IMG/VR virus record: IMGVR_UViG_3300042524_000214
Coordinates: 38,663-102,662 of that record
Source of the DNA: a virus
Lineage: Duplodnaviria; Heunggongvirae; Uroviricota; Caudoviricetes
Length of the DNA: 64,000 nt
Strand: one strand, 5' to 3'
The position numbers and the translations under genes are program-made. Below the pieces are notes generated by a model, which made no database searches, was not told where the DNA came from, and saw only the letters and a program-made list of their open reading frames with translations. Shown here piece by piece: positions 44,133 to 53,792 of the stretch. Every line of letters starts with the position of its first letter. The first letter of the stretch is position 1.

Positions 44133-44663
44133 ATGAAACACGTAATGATTGACATTGAGACTATGGGAAACATGTCTCACTCAGCTATCGTAAGCATAGG
44201 TGCTGTACGATTTGACTTAAAAACCGGAGAGATTGGAGAAAAATTCTACATGAATGTAGATTTACAGTCTTGTCTTGATGCTGGTTTGATTATTAATGCC
44301 GACACTTTGATGTGGTGGTTAAACCAAAGTGATGCAGCTCGTAAAAAGATTACTGAAAAAGGACATACTTTGAATAAAGCATTGATTTCTTTATCAGCCT
44401 TTGTAACTAAAGATGACCAAGTTTGGGGCAACTCGGCTAGATTTGATTTAGGTATTTTATCAGATGCTTTAAATGCTCTAGGTATGACAATTCCATGGGA
44501 TTTCCGAAAAGAGCGTTGTGTTCGCACATTGGTTTCTTTTGCTCCGGAAGTAAAAGATGCAGAACCAAATACCGGAGTTGCACACGATGCTTTAGCAGAC
44601 TGTATCTTTCAAATAAATTATTGTTCAAAAATATTTAACAAATTAAACAATGGCAGCCGTTAA
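44133..44663 (+). CDS. DEDDh 3'-5' exonuclease (DnaQ/RNase T-like)
   Basis: MIDIETMG (Exo I), GNSARFD (Exo II region), HDALAD (H-x4-D Exo III). Confidence 0.65.
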   Translation: MKHVMIDIETMGNMSHSAIVSIGAVRFDLKTGEIGEKFYMNVDLQSCLDAGLIINADTLMWWLNQSDAARKKITEKGHTLNKALISLSAFVTKDDQVWGNSARFDLGILSDALNALGMTIPWDFRKERCVRTLVSFAPEVKDAEPNTGVAHDALADCIFQINYCSKIFNKLNNGSR

Positions 44664-44859
44664 AAAAGAATTAACACCCCCACAAAAAGCTAAACAGCTA
44701 GTTGATAGCTACGGAGTTGTTGTAGCCAAAGAGGTTATTGATGGTATTTTAACAGAGGTACAAGAGTTAGGATGGAACCAAAAAAAGATTGATTATTACC
44801 TAGATGTGAGAGGTGGTGTCAGTATGATTGAAAAGTATTTAAACCAAAATAAAAAATAG
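44650..44859 (+). CDS. hypothetical protein
   Basis: 69-aa ORF. Confidence 0.4.
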   Translation: MAAVKKELTPPQKAKQLVDSYGVVVAKEVIDGILTEVQELGWNQKKIDYYLDVRGGVSMIEKYLNQNKK

Positions 44860-44860
44860 T

Positions 44861-45298
44861 ATGACTTTTAACATTGATTTTGACGGGACAGTCGTAACAC
44901 ACGCTTTCCCCCACGTAGGTAAAGATATTGGAGCAGCTCCAGTTCTTAAAGCCTTGACAGATGCCGGGCACCAACTTATTCTTTTTACTATGAGGTCTAA
45001 TAGGAAAGAAGCAAAACCAGTAATAGACCCAACTATACAAAACGTAACTGGAGATTTTTTGACAGATGCTGTGAATTGGTTCAAGGAAAATGATATACCT
45101 TTATACGGTATTCAATCAAATCCTACACAACATAATTGGACTACATCCCCAAAATCTTATGCAGAAATAATGATTGATGATAGTGCCATGGGTTGTCCTT
45201 TAATTTTTGATGAAACCTTGTCACCAAGACCCTTTGTAAATTGGGTAAAAATAGCTGAAATGTTAAACGAAATGGGCTTAATTGACCCTATAATGTAA
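44861..45298 (+). CDS. HAD-superfamily phosphatase (resembles T4 Pnk 3'-phosphatase domain / 5'-nucleotidase)
   Basis: DFDGTV motif I at the N-terminus, MIDDS motif near the C-terminus; 145 aa. Confidence 0.5.
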   Translation: MTFNIDFDGTVVTHAFPHVGKDIGAAPVLKALTDAGHQLILFTMRSNRKEAKPVIDPTIQNVTGDFLTDAVNWFKENDIPLYGIQSNPTQHNWTTSPKSYAEIMIDDSAMGCPLIFDETLSPRPFVNWVKIAEMLNEMGLIDPIM

Positions 45299-45306
45299 TT
45301 AAAAAA

Positions 45307-45822
45307 ATGGAAGTAAAAATTAAAAGATTATCAGAAAAAGCAGTAATCCCTACTTATGGGAAACCGGGGGATGCCGGAATGGACTTAACAGCAATCACTA
45401 GACATTTTGATGAAGATGGAAACGTGGTTTACGGAACCGGTCTATGTTTTGAAATACCCGAAGGACATGTTGGTTTAATTTTCCCAAGAAGTTCTAATGC
45501 CAAAAAAGATTTAACATTAACTAATTCGGTAGGTGTTATCGACAGTGGTTACAGAGGAGAAGTTTCTTTTAAATTTAAACCTACAGCTTTCTTTGCAGAT
45601 AACGATTGTACAGAAGGTGGAGATACTGCATGGTTTGATTTTACTATTCTTTCTGGAAGTAAGTTTGCTGATTCTAAAGAATTTGGCACTGAGCTTTATG
45701 AAGTAGGCGATAGAGTGGGTCAGATTATCATTATGCCTTACCCTAAAGTAGTGTTTGTTGAGTCAGAAGATTTAACAGAGACAGTACGTGGAGGTGATGG
45801 TTTTGGTAGTACTGGAAATTAA
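45307..45822 (+). CDS. dut: dUTP pyrophosphatase
   Basis: dUTPase motifs GDAGMDL, FPRSS, GVIDSGYRGEV, GDRVGQIII, RGGDGFGSTG. Confidence 0.9.
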   Translation: MEVKIKRLSEKAVIPTYGKPGDAGMDLTAITRHFDEDGNVVYGTGLCFEIPEGHVGLIFPRSSNAKKDLTLTNSVGVIDSGYRGEVSFKFKPTAFFADNDCTEGGDTAWFDFTILSGSKFADSKEFGTELYEVGDRVGQIIIMPYPKVVFVESEDLTETVRGGDGFGSTGN

Positions 45823-45839
45823 ATAAGATTTAATTAGGT

Positions 45840-45865
45840 TAATTAAGAAATAAGTTGTAAATTTG
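45840..45865 (+). promoter_or_regulatory. sigma-A promoter (-7 TAAATTTG 45858-45865)
   Basis: TAnnTTTG consensus; -33 element not clear. Confidence 0.4.
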
Positions 45866-45972
45866 CAGAATGAAAGATAAAATTAAATTTTGGCTAATAG
45901 TACTTTGGTACTTTCTCATATTAGGAGTTGAAATATGGGGTATAATTTGGCTAGTAAAAAACATTTTTTAAT

Positions 45973-46575
45973 ATGTATGTAAATTTTGAAATTGCAAAAA
46001 AGAGGGGACTTTCCCCCACAGATGTAGCTAACCTACAACTTATTTCTCAGAACAAAACCGAGAAGTTAGAGGGGATTATTTTTGACCATATATCCCTTAC
46101 GCTCTTAGATGATTATCAACAACAAGAACTTGTAAATTTAGTCAAAGCTAAGAACAAAAGTGACACTATTCAGAACAGAGTTAGATTAACCCCTAAAGGG
46201 CATGCTATATTAGAGGATTTACAAATACCCGAAGTTAATGATGATGATTTACAACTGTATGGTTGGCTAGAGAAGACTTATCAGAAAGAGGGTAAAGAAT
46301 TAGGTAATAGAAAGAAGACTAAATTGTATATCGCTTTATTCCGAGTTAATTCGGGTATTGACAGAAACAAGTTAGCTCTTCTTTGTAAAGCCTTTATGAA
46401 TGATAGCAGTCAGTTTGAGTGGTCAAAGAGATTAGAATTCCTTTTCTTTAAGCCCGGAAACGTGTTCTCAGTTAAGTTTGATTTGGAGCAGTCCAAGTTA
46501 TACCAATACTACATAAAGCATAAAGAACATTTTGATAACAAATTTGCAAAAATAGACGAAGAAGATGGCAATTAA
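45973..46575 (+). CDS. hypothetical protein (possibly replication-associated, precedes helicase)
   Basis: 200-aa ORF. Confidence 0.45.
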   Translation: MYVNFEIAKKRGLSPTDVANLQLISQNKTEKLEGIIFDHISLTLLDDYQQQELVNLVKAKNKSDTIQNRVRLTPKGHAILEDLQIPEVNDDDLQLYGWLEKTYQKEGKELGNRKKTKLYIALFRVNSGIDRNKLALLCKAFMNDSSQFEWSKRLEFLFFKPGNVFSVKFDLEQSKLYQYYIKHKEHFDNKFAKIDEEDGN

Positions 46576-47731
46576 ACCACTAGGAGAAGTAGTAGATAGG
46601 TCGTTTAGAGACCTTAACAAATACCAAAAAGGTAAGAACAAACCGGTTAAGACCGGTAGAGAGTGGTTAGATGAAATCTTTGGGGGCTTGCTGCCAGGAG
46701 ATATTGCTACCATTGCCGGACAATCCGGAGGTGGTAAATCCTTTGAGTTGCAGCGTATCAAGAACTTTGTGATGAACCCGGAGAACAACGAAGATGCCAA
46801 AGATTTTATTTGGTTAGATTATGCTTGGGAGATGCGTTTCTTGTCTAATATTCTTCGTGACCTTAACAGAAGTTTGAAAAAGACTAAGAAAGAACTTTTA
46901 ACAGAAGAGTTCACAGATGAGGAAAAAGAATTAGTTAAATCTTATGCAAAAAATTTATCTGATGGTAGATTTTTTATTAATGAAGAAACTATAACTCCAA
47001 GAGCGTTTGAAAAAGAAGCTAGAGCTTTCTTAGAGCAACACAAAGATAAAAAAGGTGTATTTATATCAATTGACCACATTGCTTTGGCTATGGATGAGAA
47101 TGGAGAAAAGAAATCCACAGTTGATGCGATAATTGAAATTGTAAATAGACTTAAAAAAGAGTTCCCTAATACTTATTGGATTATCTTATCACAGATGAAC
47201 CGTAACATATTAGGTAGAATAAAAGACAAGGACATAAATGCTATGCCAAATAGGTCAGATATTTTTCAATCGGATGCTATGTTTTTTATCTCAGATTATT
47301 TGTATATTTGTCACAACCCCTACAGATTAGGGATTAAGCAGTTCTCTAGGGTTAATGAGGGAGCTTATGAATATTTAAGTGACCATTTCTGTGAAGAAAA
47401 AAATGGTAAGGTTTCTTTTGATACATTAGGTAAAATGTTCTACATTGTGCTTAAATCAAGGGAATCCGATGTTATGTTTAAAGACATCTTTATTGAGGAT
47501 GTTGGTGTTAAAGATAAAGAGAAATACCGAGATAAACCGGAGTCAGTTACAGAGTCGATTGATATTCCTTTCTTTAAGAAGGAGAATACTAAATTGGTTG
47601 ACGATGTTACTTTTGAACCACCGGCTCCTAAACTGGCTAGTCTAGAAGAAGCTTTTGGTTCTGCTTTTAGCAGTACGGAATCTTTTTCTTTTAACCAATC
47701 GTCTGAAGATGATGACGATAAACCATTTTAG
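46565..47731 (+). CDS. DnaB-like replicative helicase / RecA-fold ATPase
   Basis: TGREWLDEIFGGLLPGDIATIAGQSGGGKSF matches the DnaB C-terminal domain Walker A region; acidic C-terminal tail. Confidence 0.6.
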   Translation: MAIKPLGEVVDRSFRDLNKYQKGKNKPVKTGREWLDEIFGGLLPGDIATIAGQSGGGKSFELQRIKNFVMNPENNEDAKDFIWLDYAWEMRFLSNILRDLNRSLKKTKKELLTEEFTDEEKELVKSYAKNLSDGRFFINEETITPRAFEKEARAFLEQHKDKKGVFISIDHIALAMDENGEKKSTVDAIIEIVNRLKKEFPNTYWIILSQMNRNILGRIKDKDINAMPNRSDIFQSDAMFFISDYLYICHNPYRLGIKQFSRVNEGAYEYLSDHFCEEKNGKVSFDTLGKMFYIVLKSRESDVMFKDIFIEDVGVKDKEKYRDKPESVTESIDIPFFKKENTKLVDDVTFEPPAPKLASLEEAFGSAFSSTESFSFNQSSEDDDDKPF

Positions 47732-47784
47732 TCGTAATAAAGTTAACAGCTTTATCGTGCAAATTTTAGTTTATTATTGTGGAA

Positions 47785-47814
47785 CCCCTACTATTAATTT
47801 AGTGGGGGTTTTTT
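47785..47814 (+). terminator. intrinsic terminator
   Basis: CCCCTAC-TATTAATTTA-GTGGGGG followed by TTTTTT. Confidence 0.55.
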
Positions 47815-47885
47815 GTTCACATTTATTTAGTGTTCACTGAAACGTGAACGTTCAGTTACAATGAACAGACCAAAAAAATGAACAT
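47814..47885. repeat. cluster of five TGTTCA/TGAACA hexamer sites (iteron/operator-like)
   Basis: TGTTCAC at 47814 and 47831; GTGAACGTTCAG palindromic core at 47844-47855; TGAACA at 47862 and 47879. Confidence 0.5.
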
Positions 47886-47907
47886 TAAAAAATATTTACG
47901 AAAAAGC

Positions 47908-47938
47908 TTGTGAGATTAAAAAAGATGTCGTACTTTTG
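47908..47938 (+). promoter_or_regulatory. sigma-A promoter (-33 TTG 47908, -7 TACTTTTG 47931-47938)
   Basis: consensus, 20-nt spacing. Confidence 0.55.
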
Positions 47939-47962
47939 CAAAAGGAAATTAAAACATTAATT

Positions 47963-48160
47963 ATGAGCAATAAAATTAAATCAGTATTTGAGGCATTCAA
48001 AAAGGACTTTATAGATATACATCCCGACAATGAGGGTTGTGAAAAATTCTTAGTTAGACCAGAGAATGTATATTCAAAGAAAACGTTAACCCTAAACAGA
48101 GATTTAGGAATTCATAAACTAAATAAAAAACAAAATGACAAAGTACGAAAAGTTAGTTAA
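47963..48160 (+). CDS. hypothetical protein
   Basis: ORF track 47936 overlaps the -7 box; ATG at 47963. Confidence 0.4.
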   Translation: MSNKIKSVFEAFKKDFIDIHPDNEGCEKFLVRPENVYSKKTLTLNRDLGIHKLNKKQNDKVRKVS

Positions 48161-48389
48161 AGATTTTAGAAAAAAAGGCTTTTTTGTAAGAGAGACAACT
48201 TGTGTTGAAACAGTTGGGTATGATAAACCTACTGATGAGTATCTGTTTACTGTACAGCTGAAAAAGTCTAAAAAGAAAGTTGTAGAGCTTGTGTATAGCT
48301 TCAAGAACAACAAGGACGTTATTGATTACGTTCAAATGTGGGAAACAAAATTAGAGTTAGTAGAAAAAGAACAAAAACAAATTTTTTAG
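48135..48389 (+). CDS. hypothetical basic protein
   Basis: 84-aa ORF. Confidence 0.4.
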   Translation: MTKYEKLVKDFRKKGFFVRETTCVETVGYDKPTDEYLFTVQLKKSKKKVVELVYSFKNNKDVIDYVQMWETKLELVEKEQKQIF

Positions 48390-48390
48390 T

Positions 48391-49125
48391 ATGGTAATAG
48401 GAATTAGTGGGCGATTAGGCTCAGGGAAAGACACAGTAGGAGAGATTATCCAGTATCTAACAGGCGTTGATGCCAATGGTAAATTTACAAAAGGTTTGAA
48501 TTGGTCATACTCTAGCAATTTTGAGATAAAGAAATTTGCAGGTATGCTGAAATACTTTGCGAGTAGATTAACTGGGATACCGGTAGAGTACTTTGAAGAC
48601 CAAGATTTTAAAAAGCGAGAAATGTCTGAAGAATGGTGGTATTGGTCTAATACAGATAAAACCACTACTAAAATACCTTACACAAATGAAACAAAAATTT
48701 TAGCTAATTCTAATAGTGATATTGTTCTCTATAAAACTACTTATAGAGAGTTTCTTCAAGTTTTAGGCACCGAAGCTATGCGTGATGGTCTTCATACAAA
48801 TGTTTGGGTGAATGGTTTATTTGCCGATTATAAAGGTAAGGACTTGTATAGAAAAACCAATCCTTTAAATCCTTGGAAGTTTCCAGATTGGATTATTACA
48901 GACATGAGATTCCCTAATGAGATTGCAGCTGTTGAGTTAAGAGAAGGTATTACTATTCGGGTAAACAGAGATAATGGTACAAGAGCAATTGATGTAAACC
49001 CTCATCCAAGCGAAACAGCTTTGGACGATGCTAAGTTTGATTACACAATCGAGAACAATGGAACTTTGGACGAGTTAGTTGAAAAAGTTCGTGCAATATT
49101 AATCCGAGAAAAAATTATTTCGTAA
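48391..49125 (+). CDS. P-loop kinase resembling T4 deoxynucleoside monophosphate kinase
   Basis: MVIGISGRLGSGKDTVGEII parallels T4 gp1 MKLIFLSGVKRSGKDTTADFI. Confidence 0.5.
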   Translation: MVIGISGRLGSGKDTVGEIIQYLTGVDANGKFTKGLNWSYSSNFEIKKFAGMLKYFASRLTGIPVEYFEDQDFKKREMSEEWWYWSNTDKTTTKIPYTNETKILANSNSDIVLYKTTYREFLQVLGTEAMRDGLHTNVWVNGLFADYKGKDLYRKTNPLNPWKFPDWIITDMRFPNEIAAVELREGITIRVNRDNGTRAIDVNPHPSETALDDAKFDYTIENNGTLDELVEKVRAILIREKIIS

Positions 49126-49493
49126 TGGAGTACGTAGGAATTAACGAGCAATGTGAAGATTGGAGAGGTACTTGGCAAAACAGCGAGTTCATGGCTAAAG
49201 TAAACGAAAAGAAACGAGAAAGAGATTTCCGTGAAGGTTATATGAGAGGTTTTGAAATGGCTAAAATAGATGCAAAAAAAGAATTGGAGAATGTATTTTT
49301 TAATAGTCTAGACCAAGACTTACTTCAAGAGATGGTAAAGTATGCAGAAAAGAATAAGCCGGAAGTAAAAAGAGTAGAAGTAATACAACACTCCCCTCCA
49401 TACAACGGAAGAGCCTATACAAACTATGCCGCCAAAGAGGTAGAAGTTCAGTATCAAGATGGGGGAAGAACATTAAAAGTATTTTGTAAATGA
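49125..49493 (+). CDS. hypothetical protein
   Basis: 122-aa ORF. Confidence 0.45.
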   Translation: MEYVGINEQCEDWRGTWQNSEFMAKVNEKKRERDFREGYMRGFEMAKIDAKKELENVFFNSLDQDLLQEMVKYAEKNKPEVKRVEVIQHSPPYNGRAYTNYAAKEVEVQYQDGGRTLKVFCK

Positions 49494-49813
49494 TGGAAGA
49501 TAAAAAGTCACCAAAGAAAATTAAAAAAGAAAAGCAGATATTTGTCGGTCATAATGACAAACAAATGCGTTGGGCTGACATTAAGCATCTACAATTAGAA
49601 GATGACGATGTAATCCATTCAGGCTGGGTTGATGATGAAAATTTTGATTATCATGGATATTGGCATAATGAAATTACTCGTATGGTTGAAGAGACAGACC
49701 AGCAATTTGAAAAACGTATTGCTAAGATGAAGCAAGACGATATTTGGGCAAAAGAGAGAAGAAGAGAAAGTTATTTAAGACTAAAAGCAGAATTTGAAAA
49801 TGAACCTAGATAA
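49490..49813 (+). CDS. hypothetical protein
   Basis: 107-aa ORF. Confidence 0.45.
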   Translation: MMEDKKSPKKIKKEKQIFVGHNDKQMRWADIKHLQLEDDDVIHSGWVDDENFDYHGYWHNEITRMVEETDQQFEKRIAKMKQDDIWAKERRRESYLRLKAEFENEPR

Positions 49814-51743
49814 AGTTTACGTAATAGATGCCGAGTCAAATGGGCTTGTGCCTGAATCTACAAAGATTTGGTGTATGGGTATTGGTTGGCAGAATAAAGA
49901 AGGGAATTGGGTGGTTAAATCTACTACCAATTATGATGATATGATAAAGGTTCTTGGTAATCCGGAGAACACTGTTGTATGTCATAACTTGATTAGATTT
50001 GACGTACCTTTGTATGAGAAGCATCTTGGCATAAAAGTTCAAGCTAGTTTAGTTGACTCTTTAGGTTTGTCTTGGTACTTGTACCCGGAAAGAGGACAAG
50101 GAGAGCATGGTTTGGCTGTTTGGGGTGAGTTTTTTGGTGTGCCGAAACCTAAGATTGATGATTGGGACAACCTTTCAGTTGAAGAGTACTGCCACCGTGT
50201 GGAAGAGGATATTAAAATCAATATCAAACTTTGGGCAAAACAATACGAATATCTAAAAGAAATCTATGAAGACCCTAAAGATATACTCAGAATTGTAAAC
50301 TACTTGAACTTCAAACTAACTTGTTTGAAAATACAAGAGGATGAAAAGATTTTGATTGATGTTGTTCAATGCCAAAAAAACTTAGATTTTCTCCAAGGTA
50401 TAGAGGGAGAAAAGAAAGGATTACTAGAAGCTGCAATGCCGAAGTTACCAATAATAAAAAATGTTACTAAACCAAAAGTGATGTTTAAGAAAAATGGTTC
50501 ATTGAGTGTTGCCGGTACTAAGTGGTTTGAAATATTAGAGGAAAATAATATCCCTAGAGATTATGAAGGGGAATTAAATATTACAACTGGTTATGATGAA
50601 CCTAATGCCGGCAGCCCAAGTCAAGTTAAAGATTGGTTAATGAAGCTTGGTTGGAAACCTTTACTTTTTGAAGATGGTAGAAATGGTAAAGTCCCTCAAG
50701 TACGAGATAAAGAAAAGATGCTTTGTAAAAGTGTTTTGGCTTTGAAAGAAGTTGAGCCGGCAATCGAACACTTGGAAGGTCTGTCTGTAGTAACTCACAG
50801 AGCTGGGTATTTGAAAGGTTTCTTAGAACGTGCAGATGAGGAAGGTTACGCTGTAGCATTTGCCCATGGGTTCACAAAAACTCTAAGGTTAAAACATGCC
50901 AAGCCATTTGTTAATTTACCTAAACCTACATCGCCTTATGGGGATTTAGTTCGTGGTGTTATGATTGCTCCGGAAGGAAGTATTTTGATTGGTTCCGATG
51001 TTAGTAGTTTGGAAGATAAGATGAAGCAGATTTCTATCTACCCTTATGACCCAGAATACGTTGAGGATATGAATAGACCGGGATGGGATGCCCACTTAGA
51101 TATTGGGTTACGAAGTGGTATGATTTCACAAGAAGAGTCTGACTTCTTTCGTTGGTATAAAAAGAAAGATAAGAAAAAAGAAGACCTACCTGAGATTTTT
51201 AAGGTGTATTCGGATGAAGAGTTGTCAGAGCAATTTGAAAAGGTTAGTAAAAAAAGAGCTGTAGCCAAGACTGTAAATTATGCTTGTACATACGGAGCCG
51301 GTGTTGCTAAGATTGCTGAGTCTTCTAGCCTACCTCACAAGGATGCCAAAAAACTTCACGAGGGTTATTGGGGGCGTAACTGGTCAGTTAAAAAGTACGC
51401 AGAAGACCAAAGAGTTAAAAATGTGAATGGTAAATCTTGGATTTGGAATCCTATTACTAGTTTTTACTATTTCTTAGCTTCAGAAAAAGACCGCTTTTCT
51501 GCTTGTAATCAGTCTGCCGGTGTTCGAGTGTTCGATGGTTATGTGTATGAGATGATTAAACGTGGTGTAAAACCTATTTTTCAGGCTCACGATGAGGTTT
51601 TATTAAGAGTAAAGAATGAAGATGTGGATTCTACAATAGAGGCTCTTAAAACGTCTATAAATAAGGTGAATGCACAATACAAGTTCCCGGTGGATATTGA
51701 GATAGATATTCAGACCGGAATGAATTATTCTGCTGTTCACTAA
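49794..51743 (+). CDS. family A DNA polymerase with N-terminal exonuclease-like domain
   Basis: Motif A LIGSDVSSLED, motif B RAVAKTVNYACTYGAG, motif C QAHDEVLL; N-terminal VIDAESNG. Confidence 0.8.
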   Translation: MKMNLDKVYVIDAESNGLVPESTKIWCMGIGWQNKEGNWVVKSTTNYDDMIKVLGNPENTVVCHNLIRFDVPLYEKHLGIKVQASLVDSLGLSWYLYPERGQGEHGLAVWGEFFGVPKPKIDDWDNLSVEEYCHRVEEDIKINIKLWAKQYEYLKEIYEDPKDILRIVNYLNFKLTCLKIQEDEKILIDVVQCQKNLDFLQGIEGEKKGLLEAAMPKLPIIKNVTKPKVMFKKNGSLSVAGTKWFEILEENNIPRDYEGELNITTGYDEPNAGSPSQVKDWLMKLGWKPLLFEDGRNGKVPQVRDKEKMLCKSVLALKEVEPAIEHLEGLSVVTHRAGYLKGFLERADEEGYAVAFAHGFTKTLRLKHAKPFVNLPKPTSPYGDLVRGVMIAPEGSILIGSDVSSLEDKMKQISIYPYDPEYVEDMNRPGWDAHLDIGLRSGMISQEESDFFRWYKKKDKKKEDLPEIFKVYSDEELSEQFEKVSKKRAVAKTVNYACTYGAGVAKIAESSSLPHKDAKKLHEGYWGRNWSVKKYAEDQRVKNVNGKSWIWNPITSFYYFLASEKDRFSACNQSAGVRVFDGYVYEMIKRGVKPIFQAHDEVLLRVKNEDVDSTIEALKTSINKVNAQYKFPVDIEIDIQTGMNYSAVH

Positions 51744-51761
51744 AAATAAATTAAAAAAAGC

Positions 51762-51792
51762 TTGCAGGAATGAAATGTTGTTCGTATCTTTG
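51762..51792 (+). promoter_or_regulatory. sigma-A promoter (-33 TTG 51762, -7 TATCTTTG 51785-51792)
   Basis: consensus, 20-nt spacing. Confidence 0.55.
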
Positions 51793-52020
51793 CAAAAATA
51801 AAATTAGAAAAATATGATAGCATTTATGATTATAGTCTTTATCTTGTATCTTGTTGAAGGTATTTGGTGTCCTCGTTTGGATTGGATAGATAAAGAAAAT
51901 ATGTTACTTTTACATTATTCCAGTAAAAAACATACTAGAGAATATCTAGTTGTTGTAAGATTTTAACATATATTCAGATAAAAAAACACTACACAATGTG
52001 TAGTATAACGCAAACAAAAT

Positions 52021-52254
52021 ATGCAAGTAGAAATTAACTATTTAGAAGTGCCACTTACTGTAAGTGGTACATATTATGAGGGAGACCCTCAAGTAATGTA
52101 TGACAGTAACGGAGAAGGTTATCCGGGAAGTCCAGCTGAGTTCGAGATTATAAAAATAACCGTATCAGATAGTGATGTGGATATTTGGGAGCTTTTCTCA
52201 AATAAGCAAATTGACGAAATAACTGAGTTAGTAATTGAAAAAACAGAAGAGTAA
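52021..52254 (+). CDS. hypothetical acidic protein
   Basis: 77-aa ORF. Confidence 0.45.
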   Translation: MQVEINYLEVPLTVSGTYYEGDPQVMYDSNGEGYPGSPAEFEIIKITVSDSDVDIWELFSNKQIDEITELVIEKTEE

Positions 52255-53291
52255 TGAAAAAAATGATTAAATTCCCGTCAATTGAACAATTCCGTTCAAC
52301 GGTATCAAATGTAAAAAGGCATTACGCTTTTACTGGTATAGATGAAAATGGTGAGGCTATTTACGACAACAATTTACCTAAGCCAAAATTGGTATTTAAA
52401 GGAACTGTGAAACTTCATGGGACTAATGCCGCTATTTGTTATAATAGTGTAAGTGGTTTTTGGGCTCAATCTCGTGAAAACATTATTACATCACAAAAAG
52501 ATAATGCAGGATTTGCTTTCTTTGCTGAGTCTAAAATTGATGTACTTATCGAATTAGTTAAGATGGTAGCAGAAAGAGAGAATGTTGATTTGTCAAACAA
52601 TACTATTACTATCTACGGAGAGTGGTGTGGTGGTAATATTCAAAAAGGGGTTGGTATTTCTAACTTACCTAAATCTTTCTTTATTTTTGGGGTTAAAGTT
52701 AGCCCTTTTGAAATTGAAGGTGCCGAAAAACAGCCGGTAGCTTATTGGGTTGATTATTCAGACCTTGGAAACAGCGAAGATAGGATTTACAATATTGATG
52801 ATTTTCAGACGTACAGTATAGAGGTTGATTTTAATTACCCAGAGCTTGTACAAAATAAATTGTCAGAGTTGACTATCGCTGTCGAAGAGGAGTGCCCAGT
52901 GGCAAAAGCTTTTGGCTTCTCTGGAATTGGTGAGGGTATTGTTTGGACTACTAACCTAAATGGGGAAAGTTACCGATTCAAAGTAAAAGGTGAAAAACAC
53001 TCTGCTTCTAAAGTAAAAGTGTTAGCCGCTGTAGATGTTGAGAAAGTAGAGAGTATTCAAAAATTTGTTGAATATGCTGTTACTGAAAGTCGATTAAACC
53101 AAGCTATCGAAAATGTGTTTCCTAATAATGAGCCAGTAAGTATGCAAAAGTTTGGGGAAATTGTTAGATGGATGGTAAACGATATTATCAAAGAAGAGAT
53201 GGATGTTTTGGTTGAAAATGGTTTAGAGCCTAAATTAGTTAATTCAAAAATATCTTTTAAAACAAAAGAAATGTTTTTAAATAAATTGTAA
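52254..53291 (+). CDS. ATP-dependent RNA ligase, Rnl2 family
   Basis: Nucleotidyltransferase motif I VKLHGTNAA (T4 Rnl2 EKIHGTNFS); YGEWCGGNIQKGV parallels Rnl2 FGEFAGPGIQKNV. Confidence 0.6.
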   Translation: MKKMIKFPSIEQFRSTVSNVKRHYAFTGIDENGEAIYDNNLPKPKLVFKGTVKLHGTNAAICYNSVSGFWAQSRENIITSQKDNAGFAFFAESKIDVLIELVKMVAERENVDLSNNTITIYGEWCGGNIQKGVGISNLPKSFFIFGVKVSPFEIEGAEKQPVAYWVDYSDLGNSEDRIYNIDDFQTYSIEVDFNYPELVQNKLSELTIAVEEECPVAKAFGFSGIGEGIVWTTNLNGESYRFKVKGEKHSASKVKVLAAVDVEKVESIQKFVEYAVTESRLNQAIENVFPNNEPVSMQKFGEIVRWMVNDIIKEEMDVLVENGLEPKLVNSKISFKTKEMFLNKL

Positions 53292-53614
53292 TGTTACAAC
53301 CAGGAGATAAATACATTCACTTCACTAAGTATGGTGGAGTGAATTTTGGAACAGTTAAGGAGGTATTTAATCAGCATTCTTTTGACCACTTAAATAAAGT
53401 AATGTATTTAAAACCATACATTAGAAATGAAAATGGTATGTCTTATGAGATTGGAAAAGAGGGTAGTTTTTATAAAATTCATCAAGAATTTACTCAAGAG
53501 CAAGCTGATAAAATACACAATGATTTTATGCGTTTAGCAGGTATGAGTAAGCATGAAAGAATTTCAGAAATGTTAAAAGGAGTAAAATTACCCCATGAAA
53601 AAGCTGATTTGTAG
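53291..53614 (+). CDS. hypothetical protein
   Basis: 107-aa ORF. Confidence 0.45.
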   Translation: MLQPGDKYIHFTKYGGVNFGTVKEVFNQHSFDHLNKVMYLKPYIRNENGMSYEIGKEGSFYKIHQEFTQEQADKIHNDFMRLAGMSKHERISEMLKGVKLPHEKADL

Positions 53615-53792
53615 GCTTTTAGGTCATAGGTTTAAATACAACTTCGGTTGGGCACCTAATAAATGTTACTGCTCACGATGTGGGGCAAAGTGGAAAACAA
53701 TTAAAAACCCGGATTACAATGGAAACCCAATTGAAACAGAAATGTACATTTGGGTTCCTAGTGAGCCACAAATAGAAGAAAATGTACTATAG
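53595..53792 (+). CDS. zinc-ribbon protein
   Basis: CRLLGHRF...CYCSRCG. Confidence 0.4.
   Translation: MKKLICRLLGHRFKYNFGWAPNKCYCSRCGAKWKTIKNPDYNGNPIETEMYIWVPSEPQIEENVL

Noticed and set aside
47445-47840. Alternative-frame ORFs 47445-47645 and 47655-47840 within or after the helicase gene
   Set aside because: Overlap the helicase coding frame and the terminator; Arg/Leu-rich products typical of out-of-frame translation.
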